DNA from: Candidatus Eiseniibacteriota bacterium
Lineage (GTDB): Bacteria; Eisenbacteria; RBG-16-71-46; CAZEPH01
Assembly: GCA_044229145.1 (NCBI GenBank)
Contig: JBGATO010000029.1
Span: forward strand, 1-44,861
Direction of reading: 5' to 3'
Length of the DNA stretch: 44,861 bases
The stretch's first letter is position 1. Each line of letters begins with the position of its first letter. Below, piece after piece: positions 24,911 through 34,567 of the stretch. Below the pieces are notes generated by a model. That model saw only the letters and a list, made by a program, of their open reading frames with translations. It searched no databases and was not told the DNA's origin. The translations under genes and the position numbers were made by a program.

Positions 24911-25629
24911 GCGCGATTCCCCTCGTCCTGGTCGGAGCGGGCGGCCGCATGGGCCGCCTGATTGCCGCGCGCGCACTGGGCGATCCGCGCTTCGTGCTGC
25001 ACGGACTGGTGGACCGCGGCGCGACCGTCGGCACGCGGCTGCACGGCACTGCGTCGCCGGTGGTGCACGAGGATGTCGCTTCCGCGTGCGCGGGCGCCGC
25101 GCAACCGGTCATCATCGAATTCGCGCTCGCCGCCGCAACCGCCGCGACGCTGCAGGCCGCGGAGCGCTGCGGGGCCGCGGTGGTCGTGGGCACCACGGGG
25201 CACGACGATGCGGGACGCGCCGCCCTCGCTGCCGCCGCGCAGTCGATTCCGGTGCTGCACGCCGCCAACATGAGCACGGGTGTCACCGCATTGCTTGCGC
25301 ACCTCGGTGCGCTGTCGGCCGCGCTGCGCGGCTTCGATGCGCGCATCGTCGAAGTGCATCACACTGCGAAGAAGGACGCGCCGAGTGGCACTGCGCTCGC
25401 GCTCGGGCGCGCACTCGAGCGCGAGGCTGTCGAGTACGCCTCGCTGCGTGCGGGCTCGGTGCCCGGCATTCACACGGTGTTCTTCGGCGGCGCGGGAGAG
25501 CACATCGAAATCACCCATCGTGCCGAGAGCCGCGACTGCTTCGCGGCCGGCGCGCTGGACGCCGCCGCCTGGCTGGCCGGGAAACCTGCCGGCGCCTACG
25601 GCATGCACGACGTCATCCGCGGCGCCTGA
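24907..25629 (+). CDS. dapB: 4-hydroxy-tetrahydrodipicolinate reductase
   Basis: GAGGRMG, VVGTTG, ANMSTGV, EVHHTAKKDAPSGTA, HRAESR. Confidence 0.94.
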   Translation: MSAIPLVLVGAGGRMGRLIAARALGDPRFVLHGLVDRGATVGTRLHGTASPVVHEDVASACAGAAQPVIIEFALAAATAATLQAAERCGAAVVVGTTGHDDAGRAALAAAAQSIPVLHAANMSTGVTALLAHLGALSAALRGFDARIVEVHHTAKKDAPSGTALALGRALEREAVEYASLRAGSVPGIHTVFFGGAGEHIEITHRAESRDCFAAGALDAAAWLAGKPAGAYGMHDVIRGA

Positions 25630-25666
25630 CGGCCCGCGCATCGCCGCACCCGCAAGGAGGACCCGC

Positions 25667-27403
25667 ATGAAGGGCGAGCATCACTACTGGTCGAAGGCGT
25701 TCGTCACCACGCTGCGCGAGGAACCGTCGGACGCCGAGTTGCCGAGTCATCGGCTCATGCTGCGTGCCGGCCTCATGCGTCAGGTGGCGCGCGGCATCTT
25801 CGACTACTTGCCGCTCGGCGTGCGTGTCATCCACAAGGTCGAACGCATCATCCGCGAAGAACTGAACGACGCCGGATGTCTGGAAGTGCTGCTGCCGGTG
25901 TTGTCGCCCGCGGAACTGTGGCAGGAATCGGGGCGCTGGACGGTGTACGGCAAGGAGATGATGCGCCTGGTGGACCGCCACGACCGCCAGTACGCGCTCG
26001 GCCCGACGCACGAGGAAGTCATCACCGCGTTGGTGCGCGGCGAGGTCAAGTCGTACCGCCAGTGTCCGGTGACGCTCTATCAGATCCAAACCAAGTTCCG
26101 CGACGAAGTGCGGCCGCGGTTCGGCGTCATGCGCGGGCGCGAGTTCCTGATGAAGGACGCGTACTCGTTCCACACCTCGCAGGAATCGCTCGAGGAGACG
26201 TATGCGATTCTGCACCGCGCCTACACGCGTATCTTCCAGCGTTGCGGCATCGAGTGTGTGCCGGTCGAAGCGGCAGGTGGCGCGATCGGCGGCAGCGTGA
26301 CGCACGAATTCACTGCGCTTGCCGAGAACGGCGAATCGGAGATCCTTTCGTGCGCCTGCGGCTACGCCGCGAACACCGAACGCGCCGAGATGGCGGCCTC
26401 GCCCGCGCCAGCGGTCGAGGAGCCGGCCGCGATCGTCAAGGTCCACACGCCGAACGCCGCCAAGGTCGAAGACGTCGCCGCCTTCCTCGGCGTCGACACC
26501 TCGCGTCTGGTGAAGACGCTGCTCTTCGAAGCCGAAGGCGAGGTCGTCGCCGTGCTCGTGCCGGGGGACCGCGACGTCAACGAAGAGAAGGTCAAGAGCG
26601 CGGCCGGCCGCGCGGACTTCGATCTCGCGTCCGCCGCCACCGTCGAGCGCGTCACCGGTGCCCCGGTCGGTTTCGCCGGCCCCGTGGGGTTGAAGGGCGC
26701 GCGCATCATCGCTGACGGCCGCCTCCAGGGCCGCGTGAACGTCATCGTCGGAGCGAACGAAGCGGATCACCACCTCACCGGCGTGTCGCTCGCACGCGAC
26801 GTCCAGGTGGACGAGTTCGCCGATCTCATCGCGGTGCGCGCCGGCGACCCGTGCCCGAAGTGCGGCGCCGGCTTGACGCTCACGCGCGGGATCGAGGTCG
26901 GGCAAATCTTCCAGCTCGGCACCAAGTACAGCGTGGCGATGAGCGCAACCTACCTCGACGCCGAAGGCGCGCAGAAGCCGTTCATCATGGGCTGCTACGG
27001 CATCGGGGTGACGCGGACCGTGGCGGCGGCCATCGAGCAGCACCATGACGTCCACGGCATCCGCTGGCCCGCCGATCTGGCGCCCTACGACGTCCACCTG
27101 CTGCCGGTCAACGTCGCCGACGAGGCGGTCCGCGCGCTCACCGCGCAATACCGCGATGCGCTCCGGGACGCCGGCTTCAGCGTCCTCGAGGACGACCGCG
27201 ATGAGCGCGCCGGCGTCAAGTTCAAGGATGCCGATCTGCTCGGCCTGCCAGTGCGCGTCACCATCGGCGACCGCGCGGTGAAGAACGGCGCCGCCGAAGT
27301 GCGCGACCGGCGCACCGGCGAGGTGGCGAACGTGCCGGTCGACGGCATCGTCGCGGCGGTGCGGGCTGCGCTCGACGCCACGCGGCTGTCACTCATGCCA
27401 TAG
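25667..27403 (+). CDS. proS: Proline--tRNA ligase (with INS editing domain)
   Basis: SHRLMLRAG, LGPTHEE, KFRDEVRPRFGVMRGREFLMKDAYSF, GIEVGQIFQLGTKYS, MGCYGIGV; AAGGAGG RBS. Confidence 0.98.
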   Translation: MKGEHHYWSKAFVTTLREEPSDAELPSHRLMLRAGLMRQVARGIFDYLPLGVRVIHKVERIIREELNDAGCLEVLLPVLSPAELWQESGRWTVYGKEMMRLVDRHDRQYALGPTHEEVITALVRGEVKSYRQCPVTLYQIQTKFRDEVRPRFGVMRGREFLMKDAYSFHTSQESLEETYAILHRAYTRIFQRCGIECVPVEAAGGAIGGSVTHEFTALAENGESEILSCACGYAANTERAEMAASPAPAVEEPAAIVKVHTPNAAKVEDVAAFLGVDTSRLVKTLLFEAEGEVVAVLVPGDRDVNEEKVKSAAGRADFDLASAATVERVTGAPVGFAGPVGLKGARIIADGRLQGRVNVIVGANEADHHLTGVSLARDVQVDEFADLIAVRAGDPCPKCGAGLTLTRGIEVGQIFQLGTKYSVAMSATYLDAEGAQKPFIMGCYGIGVTRTVAAAIEQHHDVHGIRWPADLAPYDVHLLPVNVADEAVRALTAQYRDALRDAGFSVLEDDRDERAGVKFKDADLLGLPVRVTIGDRAVKNGAAEVRDRRTGEVANVPVDGIVAAVRAALDATRLSLMP

Positions 27404-27430
27404 GGGGAGCGGCGGCTGGCGACGAACACG

Positions 27431-27467
27431 CGAAGGAGGCCCGGGTGAATGACCCGGGCCTCCTTCG
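27431..27467. terminator. Perfect 16-bp hairpin between convergent proS and rpsT, likely a bidirectional terminator
   Basis: CGAAGGAGGCCCGGGT-gaatg-ACCCGGGCCTCCTTCG, with T-rich sequence following on the + strand. Confidence 0.8.
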
Positions 27468-27497
27468 GCGTTTCGGTTCGCTGGTGCGCTGCGGACG

Positions 27498-27755
27498 CTA
27501 GGCGGAGCCCTGCGTGCGATTGACCTTCAGCGCCAGGCGCGACTTGAGGCGGTCGGCCTGCGCCACCGCGATCACGCCCTTCTTGGCCGCCACGTCCAGC
27601 GCGGAGTACGCCTTCTTGAGGTCCTCGGCCGTGGCATCGTTCTTCGCCCGCACGTCACGGACGACCTTGCGCACGTTCGACTTCACCGCCATGTTCCGGA
27701 CACGGCGCTTCTCCGAGGTGCGAACCCGCTTCTCGGCTGACTTGTGGTGCGGCAT
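27498..27755 (-). CDS. rpsT: 30S ribosomal protein S20
   Basis: MPHHKSAEKRVR...RN...LDVAAKKGVI...ADRLKSRL; 85 aa, basic. Confidence 0.95.
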   Translation of the reverse strand: MPHHKSAEKRVRTSEKRRVRNMAVKSNVRKVVRDVRAKNDATAEDLKKAYSALDVAAKKGVIAVAQADRLKSRLALKVNRTQGSA

Positions 27756-27809
27756 TCCGTCTCGTCTCCTGTACTGACAACGTTCCTGCTGTGAGGACAA
27801 TTGCCGGGC

Positions 27810-27839
27810 ACTCTACCAGTTAGGGGCCCCGGCGGTCAA
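27810..27839 (-). promoter_or_regulatory. Putative rpsT promoter
   Basis: On the - strand: TTGACC-18 nt-TAGAGT with a TGn extension. Confidence 0.55.
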
Positions 27840-27889
27840 CCCCTGCCTCGCAGCGCGGGTCCACCGCCCGCGGGAGGGCCTGGACGGCC

Positions 27890-28276
27890 TCAGGGCTCCA
27901 TCGTGTGCCGGCTGAACGCCGCCCCCAGAGCCAGGCTGAGCCAGCCCGCCAGGAGCAGCGCCCCGCCGATCGGGGTGATCGCCCCGAGGACGCGGATGCC
28001 GGTGAGCGCCAGGGCGTAGAGGCTGCCCGCGAACACGCAGACGCCGGCGATGAAACACCAGGCGGCGATGGGGATGGTGCGGGACTTCGACCGCCGCGCG
28101 ACCCCCGACAGCACCATCAGCGCCAGCGCGTGGTACATCATGTACCGGGAGGCGGTCTCCCAAATCGCCAGCATGTCGGGGGAGAGGCGTGTCTTCATCG
28201 CGTGCGCCCCGAAGGCGCCCATCGCCACTGCCGCGAAGCCGAACAGCGCGGCGGGAATCCCGAAACGGCGTTTCAT
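27890..28276 (-). CDS. DUF423 family small membrane protein
   Basis: GAFGAH, WETASRYMMYHALA, FAGSLYALAL, GAITPIGG. Confidence 0.92.
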   Translation of the reverse strand: MKRRFGIPAALFGFAAVAMGAFGAHAMKTRLSPDMLAIWETASRYMMYHALALMVLSGVARRSKSRTIPIAAWCFIAGVCVFAGSLYALALTGIRVLGAITPIGGALLLAGWLSLALGAAFSRHTMEP

Positions 28277-28384
28277 CGCTCACCAGTCTCCCACGCACAC
28301 GACCACGGCGTCGGTGGACGCCCGGCGGGAGTCTCGCGGAGGCGGCGGCGCTCCGCAAGCGCCACCAGGAGGACCGGAGCGCCC

Positions 28385-28413
28385 TTGCTGCCCCTTTGGG
28401 ATGATGCTAGCGT
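28385..28413 (+). promoter_or_regulatory. Putative promoter of the uvrC-xerD-helicase operon
   Basis: TTGCTG-17 nt-TAGCGT with a TGn extension, in a locally AT-richer patch. Confidence 0.5.
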
Positions 28414-28442
28414 TATTCGATTCACAGGAGGGCACGCGGGAG

Positions 28443-30290
28443 ATGGCAGACAGGACGGACGCGCGCGAGCGACTGGAGGCGAAGCTGCGGCTTCTGCCGT
28501 CGCTGCCCGGCGTCTACCTGTTCAAGGGCGCCGCCGGCGAGGTGCTGTACGTCGGCAAAGCGAAGCGTCTGAACGCCCGGGTTGGCTCGTACTTTACCGG
28601 CGAGCCCGAACATCCGAAGACCCGCGCCTTGGTCGAGTGTGTTCGTGACCTCGACACCATCGTCACCGAATCCGAAATGGAAGCGCTGCTGCTCGAGATC
28701 ACCCTGATCCAGCAGCACCAGCCGCCCTACAACATCAATCTCAAGGACAACAAGTCGTATCCGTTCCTGCGTGTCAGCGTGCAGGACCCGGTGCCGCTGT
28801 TGTCGATCGTGAGACGGCCATCTCCGGATGGCGCGCGGTACTTCGGACCGTTTACCGAGGTCAAGCGACTGCGTCAGACGTTGCGGGTGTTGCGGACCGC
28901 GTTCCCGGTGCGGACCTGCGCGCAACTGCCGGAACGTGCGTGCTTCAACTATCACATCGGCCGTTGTGTCGCGCCGTGCGACGGGCACGCGACGCACGCC
29001 GAACACCGCGCGCTGGTCGACGATCTCGTCGCCTTTCTCTCGGGGCACGGCCGCGACCTATTGCAGACGCTGCGCACGCGCATGGAGGAACATGCCGCCG
29101 CGCGCCGCTACGAGGAGGCGGCGCGGGTACGCGATCAGATGCGCGGCCTTCGCGGGTTGTTGGCGCCGCAGAACGTCGCCGTGCTCGGCGACTACGAGGC
29201 GGACGCCCTTGGCTTCACGCGCGACGGGGATCTCGCCATCCTGGTCGTGTTGAAGGTGCGCGACGGACACGTGGTGGGCAGCGAGCAGTCACGGCTCGCC
29301 GGAGTCGGCGACCGCAGCGATGACGAAGTGCTCGAATCGGTGCTCGCCCAGCACTACGCGCGCACGCCGACGGTGCCGCCGCAAGTGTTGATGCCGGCAC
29401 TGCCGTCCGGACATGAGTTGCTCGCACAGTGGCTCTCGCAGCGGGCCGGCCGTCACGTCACCTTGCGCGTGCCGGAGCGCGGGCGGGGTGCGGCTCTGGT
29501 CCGCATGGCCGCGCGCAACGCGCTGCACCTCCTGGAGGGCACCCGGGGCGCCGGCACGAATTCGTGGGTCGGCGATCTCCCGGCGCAGCAGCTTGCCTCG
29601 ACACTGGGCCTGCCGGTGATTCCGCGCCGCATCGAAGGCTATGACGTTTCGAATCTGGGCGGCCGCTTCGCCTGCGTCTCGCTCGTGACCTTCGCCCACG
29701 GTGAGGCCAAGCGCTCGGCGTACCGCACCTTCCGGATCCGCGACATCGAAGGGCAAAACGACTTCGCGATGTTGCAGCAGGCGCTGACCCGCCGCTTTAC
29801 CGGCCGCCTCGCCGAGCAACTGCCAGACCCCGATCTCGTGCTGGTGGACGGAGGCGCCGGACAAGTACACGCGGCGGCCGATGCACTCGCCGCCCTCGGC
29901 AAGGCGCAGGTGCCGTTGCTCGGTCTGGCGAAGCGCGAGGAGGAAGTGTACGTGTGGCGGCCGGGTGCAGGCGTCGCACCACCCGTGCGCTTGTCGCGGC
30001 GATCCGCCGGACTCACGCTACTGCAGCGGATCCGTGACGAAGCGCACCGGCGCGCCGTCGGCTACAACCGGACGCTGCGCCGCCCGACCGTCCAGCGTTC
30101 CGCGCTCGAGGATGTGCCCGGACTCGGACCGCGCCGCGTGCGCGCCCTGCTCTCTGCCTTCGGGTCGCTCGAAGGCGTGCGGGGGGCGAGCGAGGACGCC
30201 ATCGCCGCGTTGCCCGGCTTCGGCCCGGCACTCGCGTCGAAGGTCACCGCCGCCGTGCACGCGCGCCCTGCCACGGAGGGCGCCGCGTGA
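28443..30290 (+). CDS. uvrC: Excinuclease ABC subunit C
   Basis: GIY-YIG domain PGVYLF...YVGKAKRL, Cys cluster, UVR domain (RYEEAARVRDQ), RNaseH-like domain (EGYDVSN, LVDGG, IRDEAHR), C-terminal HhH. Confidence 0.96.
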   Translation: MADRTDARERLEAKLRLLPSLPGVYLFKGAAGEVLYVGKAKRLNARVGSYFTGEPEHPKTRALVECVRDLDTIVTESEMEALLLEITLIQQHQPPYNINLKDNKSYPFLRVSVQDPVPLLSIVRRPSPDGARYFGPFTEVKRLRQTLRVLRTAFPVRTCAQLPERACFNYHIGRCVAPCDGHATHAEHRALVDDLVAFLSGHGRDLLQTLRTRMEEHAAARRYEEAARVRDQMRGLRGLLAPQNVAVLGDYEADALGFTRDGDLAILVVLKVRDGHVVGSEQSRLAGVGDRSDDEVLESVLAQHYARTPTVPPQVLMPALPSGHELLAQWLSQRAGRHVTLRVPERGRGAALVRMAARNALHLLEGTRGAGTNSWVGDLPAQQLASTLGLPVIPRRIEGYDVSNLGGRFACVSLVTFAHGEAKRSAYRTFRIRDIEGQNDFAMLQQALTRRFTGRLAEQLPDPDLVLVDGGAGQVHAAADALAALGKAQVPLLGLAKREEEVYVWRPGAGVAPPVRLSRRSAGLTLLQRIRDEAHRRAVGYNRTLRRPTVQRSALEDVPGLGPRRVRALLSAFGSLEGVRGASEDAIAALPGFGPALASKVTAAVHARPATEGAA

Positions 30291-30988
30291 ACGGTCCGCG
30301 CTGGGAGCACATCGCCGATGTCGCGTCAGGGATCCGTGTGTGGCGCCTGGTGGTCGGCGTGTTCCAGGAGAACTGCTACGTGCTCGCCTCCGTGGCCGGC
30401 GGCGATGTCGTCGTCATCGATCCAGGCGACGAGGCGGACACCATTCTCGACGGGCTGCGAGACGAAGGACTGACGGCGCGTCTGGTCATCAACACCCACG
30501 GCCACGCGGACCACATTGGCGGCAATGCCGCGGTGATCGACGCCGGCGGGGGAGAGTTGCTCATCCACGCGGCGGACGCGGCGATGCTCACCGACCCGAT
30601 GCGCAATCTCTCTGCCTTCTTGGGCGACGAGGTCGCGTCGCCGCCGGCCACGCGGACGCTGACCGATGGCGAGGAGCTTGCAGTACCCGGCATCCGGCTG
30701 CGCGTCGTGCATACGCCTGGACACACGCCAGGGGGCATCTGCCTGGTCACGGGAGACGACGCGGCGCCGCTCATCTTCAGCGGCGACACCTTGTTCGCCG
30801 GTTCCGTCGGCCGCGTCGATCTGCCGGGAGGATCGTGGGACCAGGAGATGCAGTCGATCGAGTCGCGGCTATTGCCGTTGCCGGCCGCCGCGCGGGTGTT
30901 TCCCGGTCACGGCCCCGCCACCACGCTGGCGGAGGAGCGGGCGCGCAATCCATTCGTGCGCGAGTGGTTGATGCGAGGCGGCGCATGA
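30287..30988 (+). CDS. MBL-fold metallo-hydrolase (glyoxalase II-like)
   Basis: ENCYV, IDPG, THGHADHIGG, HTPGHTPG, SGDTLFAGSVGRVD, PGHGP. Confidence 0.92.
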   Translation: MNGPRWEHIADVASGIRVWRLVVGVFQENCYVLASVAGGDVVVIDPGDEADTILDGLRDEGLTARLVINTHGHADHIGGNAAVIDAGGGELLIHAADAAMLTDPMRNLSAFLGDEVASPPATRTLTDGEELAVPGIRLRVVHTPGHTPGGICLVTGDDAAPLIFSGDTLFAGSVGRVDLPGGSWDQEMQSIESRLLPLPAAARVFPGHGPATTLAEERARNPFVREWLMRGGA

Positions 30989-31890
30989 GCGGCGCGACGC
31001 ATTTCGCCCCAACGGTGGAGCGCTACTTGACGTATCTCGGTGCGGAGCGCGGGCTCGCGCACGCGACGCTGGAAGCCTACGCGGGCGACATTCGGCGTTT
31101 CACGCAGCGTCTCAGCGCCCGGGGCGCCGCCAGCTTCGGCGACATCGCGACGCAAGACATCGAAGGATTTCTCGCCGACTTGTCGCGGCAAGGCTTGGCG
31201 CCGGCCAGTGTGGCGCGCGCCTCGGCTGCGGTGCGTTCGTTGGTGCGGTTCCTCTTGCTCGAGGAACTGTTGCGCGAAGACCCGGTGCGGGCGGCCAGCC
31301 GGCCGCGTGGGGTGCGTCCGTTGCCACGCGTGCTCTCGATCGCGGAAGCGGAGCGTTTGCTCGCGGTGCCGGATACCGCGACGCCGCGCGGCTTGCGCGA
31401 TCGCGCGATGTTCGAACTGATGTACGGTGCCGGGTTGCGCGTGTCGGAGCTGACGCATCTCGGACTGGGCGGCGTGCGCCTCGACGACGGGTTCGTCGTC
31501 GTACTCGGCAAGGGAGGCCGCGAGCGCGTGGTGCCGCTGGGGCGGCTTGCCGTGGATGTCGTGCGCCGGTATCTCGCCGATGCGCGCCCGCGGCTCCCCG
31601 GCGCGGCCCGCTCGCGCTATTTGTTTCCGTCGCCGCGCGGCGGCGCACTCACCCGCATGGCTTTTTGGAAGATCCTCCGCAAGTGGGCCACGACCGCGGG
31701 ACTCGGCGACCGCGTTCACCCGCACACGCTCCGCCATTCGTTCGCGACCCACCTCATCGACGGAGGCGCCGACCTCCGCATCGTCCAGGAGATGCTCGGA
31801 CATGCGTCTATCACGACCACGCAAATCTACACCCAGGTCGGCCGTCGCCGGCTGCTCGCTGTCTACCGCCAGTTCCATCCGCGTGCGTAG
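30985..31890 (+). CDS. xerD: Tyrosine recombinase XerD
   Basis: [74 protein letters not shown]. Confidence 0.9.
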   Translation: MSGATHFAPTVERYLTYLGAERGLAHATLEAYAGDIRRFTQRLSARGAASFGDIATQDIEGFLADLSRQGLAPASVARASAAVRSLVRFLLLEELLREDPVRAASRPRGVRPLPRVLSIAEAERLLAVPDTATPRGLRDRAMFELMYGAGLRVSELTHLGLGGVRLDDGFVVVLGKGGRERVVPLGRLAVDVVRRYLADARPRLPGAARSRYLFPSPRGGALTRMAFWKILRKWATTAGLGDRVHPHTLRHSFATHLIDGGADLRIVQEMLGHASITTTQIYTQVGRRRLLAVYRQFHPRA

Positions 31891-32506
31891 CCGGCTCCGC
31901 CGCGCCGGCGCCGGAGTGGCGATGGTGTGGGTGGCCCTGACGGCCCTGACGCCCGCCGCGCACGCAGAGCGCCGCGGGTCGATCAGCTTCGGCGCGTTTG
32001 CGGGGTACGGTGGCATTTTCGCCAGCACGCGCGAGAACGAGGACACCTCGGTGCTCGACACCTCGAAGTTCGACTTCGGGTTCGATTACGGGATCCGTCT
32101 GCACTACAAGCTGCGCGGCCCGGCCGCGCTCGGCACGTCGGTGGAAGCGCAGAACTTCTCGGTGACCGGCGCGCGGGCCGATTCTCTCTCGCCGAAGTCG
32201 CTGCGGATGACGATCTGGACGCTGGAGTATACGCGCTATTTCAAGCGCGCGTCCTCGCGCTCGACCTACGTGGTGGCGGGGGTCGCGCTCCTGCCGACCG
32301 TCTACGGCAACATCGGCGCGTCTCTCACCCAGCCGGCGCACGGAGACGGGTACGGCCTCGTGCTGGGCGCAGGACGCGAGATCCTCAAGGGCACCCGTGC
32401 CGACGGCATCGACATGGCGGTACGCATCTACCCTCACATCGTGGCCAGTCAGACCGGCATCACCGCGCAAGTGACGATCGGCTGGAATCACTACATGGAG
32501 CCCTGA
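31883..32506 (+). CDS. Hypothetical exported protein, probable small outer-membrane beta-barrel
   Basis: Signal peptide ending AHA, alternating amphipathic strands (FDYGIRLHY, LEYTRYF, YGLVLGAG) and a C-terminal strand VTIGWNHY. Start uncertain (31883 GTG or 31922 ATG). Confidence 0.55.
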   Translation: MRSRLRRAGAGVAMVWVALTALTPAAHAERRGSISFGAFAGYGGIFASTRENEDTSVLDTSKFDFGFDYGIRLHYKLRGPAALGTSVEAQNFSVTGARADSLSPKSLRMTIWTLEYTRYFKRASSRSTYVVAGVALLPTVYGNIGASLTQPAHGDGYGLVLGAGREILKGTRADGIDMAVRIYPHIVASQTGITAQVTIGWNHYMEP

Positions 32507-32516
32507 TCGCGCCCCG

Positions 32517-34567
32517 ATGACACGTCCCCCGTCTCCACGTCGCGTGCGGCCGGTGCATCGGCCGGCGCCTCGGCCACCAGACGACGATGCCCCGACCGCC
32601 GCGCCGCCGACTGCAGCCTTCGTCGCCGGCGACCACGTGCAGCACGCGCGTTTCGGTGCGGGGCTGGTGGTCGAGGTGCGCGTGCGCGACGGGCGCGAGA
32701 TCCTCGAGGTGGTGTTCAGCGACCAAGTGCGCAGCTTGGATGCGCGCCACCCGTTGTTGACGCGTATGGTGTCGCCCGCATTCGCCGGCGGCGAATCCTC
32801 CGGCGAATGCAGTTGGGAGTGGGAACCGGAGAGCGAAGCCGTGGTGCAGGCCGTGCTCGACGCCGCGGTCGCCCCGCCGGAGCACGTCGCCTTGCGGCTC
32901 GAGGCGGAAGCGCTCGGTCTGGTGCGCGGCTTTGAGCGCCTGGTCGCGCTCGACGCGATCCGCGACGTGGCACGCTACGCGCACCAAATCGACGCCACTC
33001 GCCGTGTGTTGCGCGACATGCAGGGCGCGCGTTGCTCGCCGACGAAGTGGGGCTCGGCAAGACCGTCGAAGCCGGGCTGATCATGAAGGAATGCCTGCTG
33101 CGCGGCCTGATCCGTTCGGCGCTCGTACTGGCGCCGGTGTCGCTGCAGGTGCAGTGGCAGGAAGAACTCGCTGCGAAATTCGACCTCCCGTTCGTCCTGC
33201 ACGGCCGGCGCGAAGGGTGGGAGAGTGAGCCGCTGCTGATCGCCTCACTCGAAACCGCGAAGACGCGCCGCAACATCCAGCAGGTCCTCGCGCGCAATTT
33301 CGACCTCGTGGTGGTGGACGAAGCGCACCGGCTCAAGAATCACCGCACGGTGGGCTGGAGTTTCCTGAATCACGTGCGGGCGCCGTATCTTCTGCTCCTC
33401 ACCGCGACGCCGGTGCAGAACGATTTGCGAGAACTCTACAACCTCATCACGCTGATCCGGCCCGGCACCCTCGGCACCTATGCCGCCTTCCGCCGAACCT
33501 ACACCATGCGCGGGGACAAGCGCGTGCCGCGGAATGCGGATTCGCTCGGTCGCCTGCTGTCGACGGTGATGATCCGCAACACGCGGGCGACCACCGGCAT
33601 CGCCCTGCTGCAACGCTCGGTCGAAACGATTCGTTTCACGCTGGCGCCTGCCGAGCGTCATCTCTACGACGCCATCTCGCGGCTGGTGCGCCGCATCATG
33701 ACCGGAGAGAGCGCGGCCAAGCAGCGTGCGTGGTATTTCACCTTGCTCACGCTGCAGAAGGAGGTCGGCAGTTCCGCCGCGGCGGCGGGGGAGACGCTCG
33801 ACGCGATGAGCCGCAGCGCGCGCTATGCCGACACCGCGGACGAACTCGCGGAACTTGCGGCGTTGGCCCGCGCCGTCACCGCAAGCCGCAAGCGCGAGGC
33901 ACTGGTGCGTCTGTGCGAGACCCTGCGCGAGCCGGTCATCGTGTTCACGCAATTCCGCGCCACCCAACGCGACTTGGTCGCGGCCCTGCGCGACACCGGG
34001 CGCACCGTCGAGACATTCCACGGGGCGATGAGCGCGCACGAAAAGGACCAGGCCATCCATCGATTCCGCAACGGCCACCACATCGTGCTGGTGAGCACCG
34101 AAGCAGGAGGCGAAGGCCGCAATTTGCAGTTCTGCCGTACCGTCATCAACTACGACTTGCCGTGGAATCCGATGCGTCTCGAGCAGCGGATCGGCCGCGT
34201 CTACCGCCTGGGGCAGACGAGACCGGTCCGCATCTACAACTTCGCCGCCGCCGGCACGCTCGAAGAGCACGTGCTCGATCTGCTGCACAAGAAGATCCGC
34301 ATGTTCGAGCTGGTGATCGGCGAGATGGAGATGGTGCTCGGCGCGATGAAGACAGAGCGCTCGTTCGACGACATGGTGTTCCGCATTTGGGCCACCGCGC
34401 GCGACGAGAAGGAAGTCGCGACGCGCTTCGATGACCTCGGCGAAGAGGTGCTGTTCGCGCGCCGTCAGTACGAATCGATGAAGGACATCGACCAGTCGAT
34501 CCTCGATGCGGTGCAACCGGACGCGCGGCCCGCCGCGCCTCGCGGAGGCGAGCGTGCCGGCGCGTAA
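32517..34567 (+). pseudogene. SNF2-family helicase (YqhH-like) with N-terminal Tudor-like domain, split by a 1-nt frameshift near 33023-33026 (possibly an assembly error)
   Basis: ORF 32517-33080 reads ...YAHQIDATRRVLRDMQG and continues in the -1 frame as GRALLADEVGLGKT (Walker A), VVDEAH, LTATP, YDLPWNP, EQRIGRVYRLGQ. Adding one base gives a single 683-aa ORF. Confidence 0.85.

Noticed and set aside
17814..31890. Two tyrosine recombinases as evidence of a prophage or integrative element
   Set aside because: Both have XerC/XerD-type C-termini, sit in housekeeping operons and have no phage genes or att repeats nearby.
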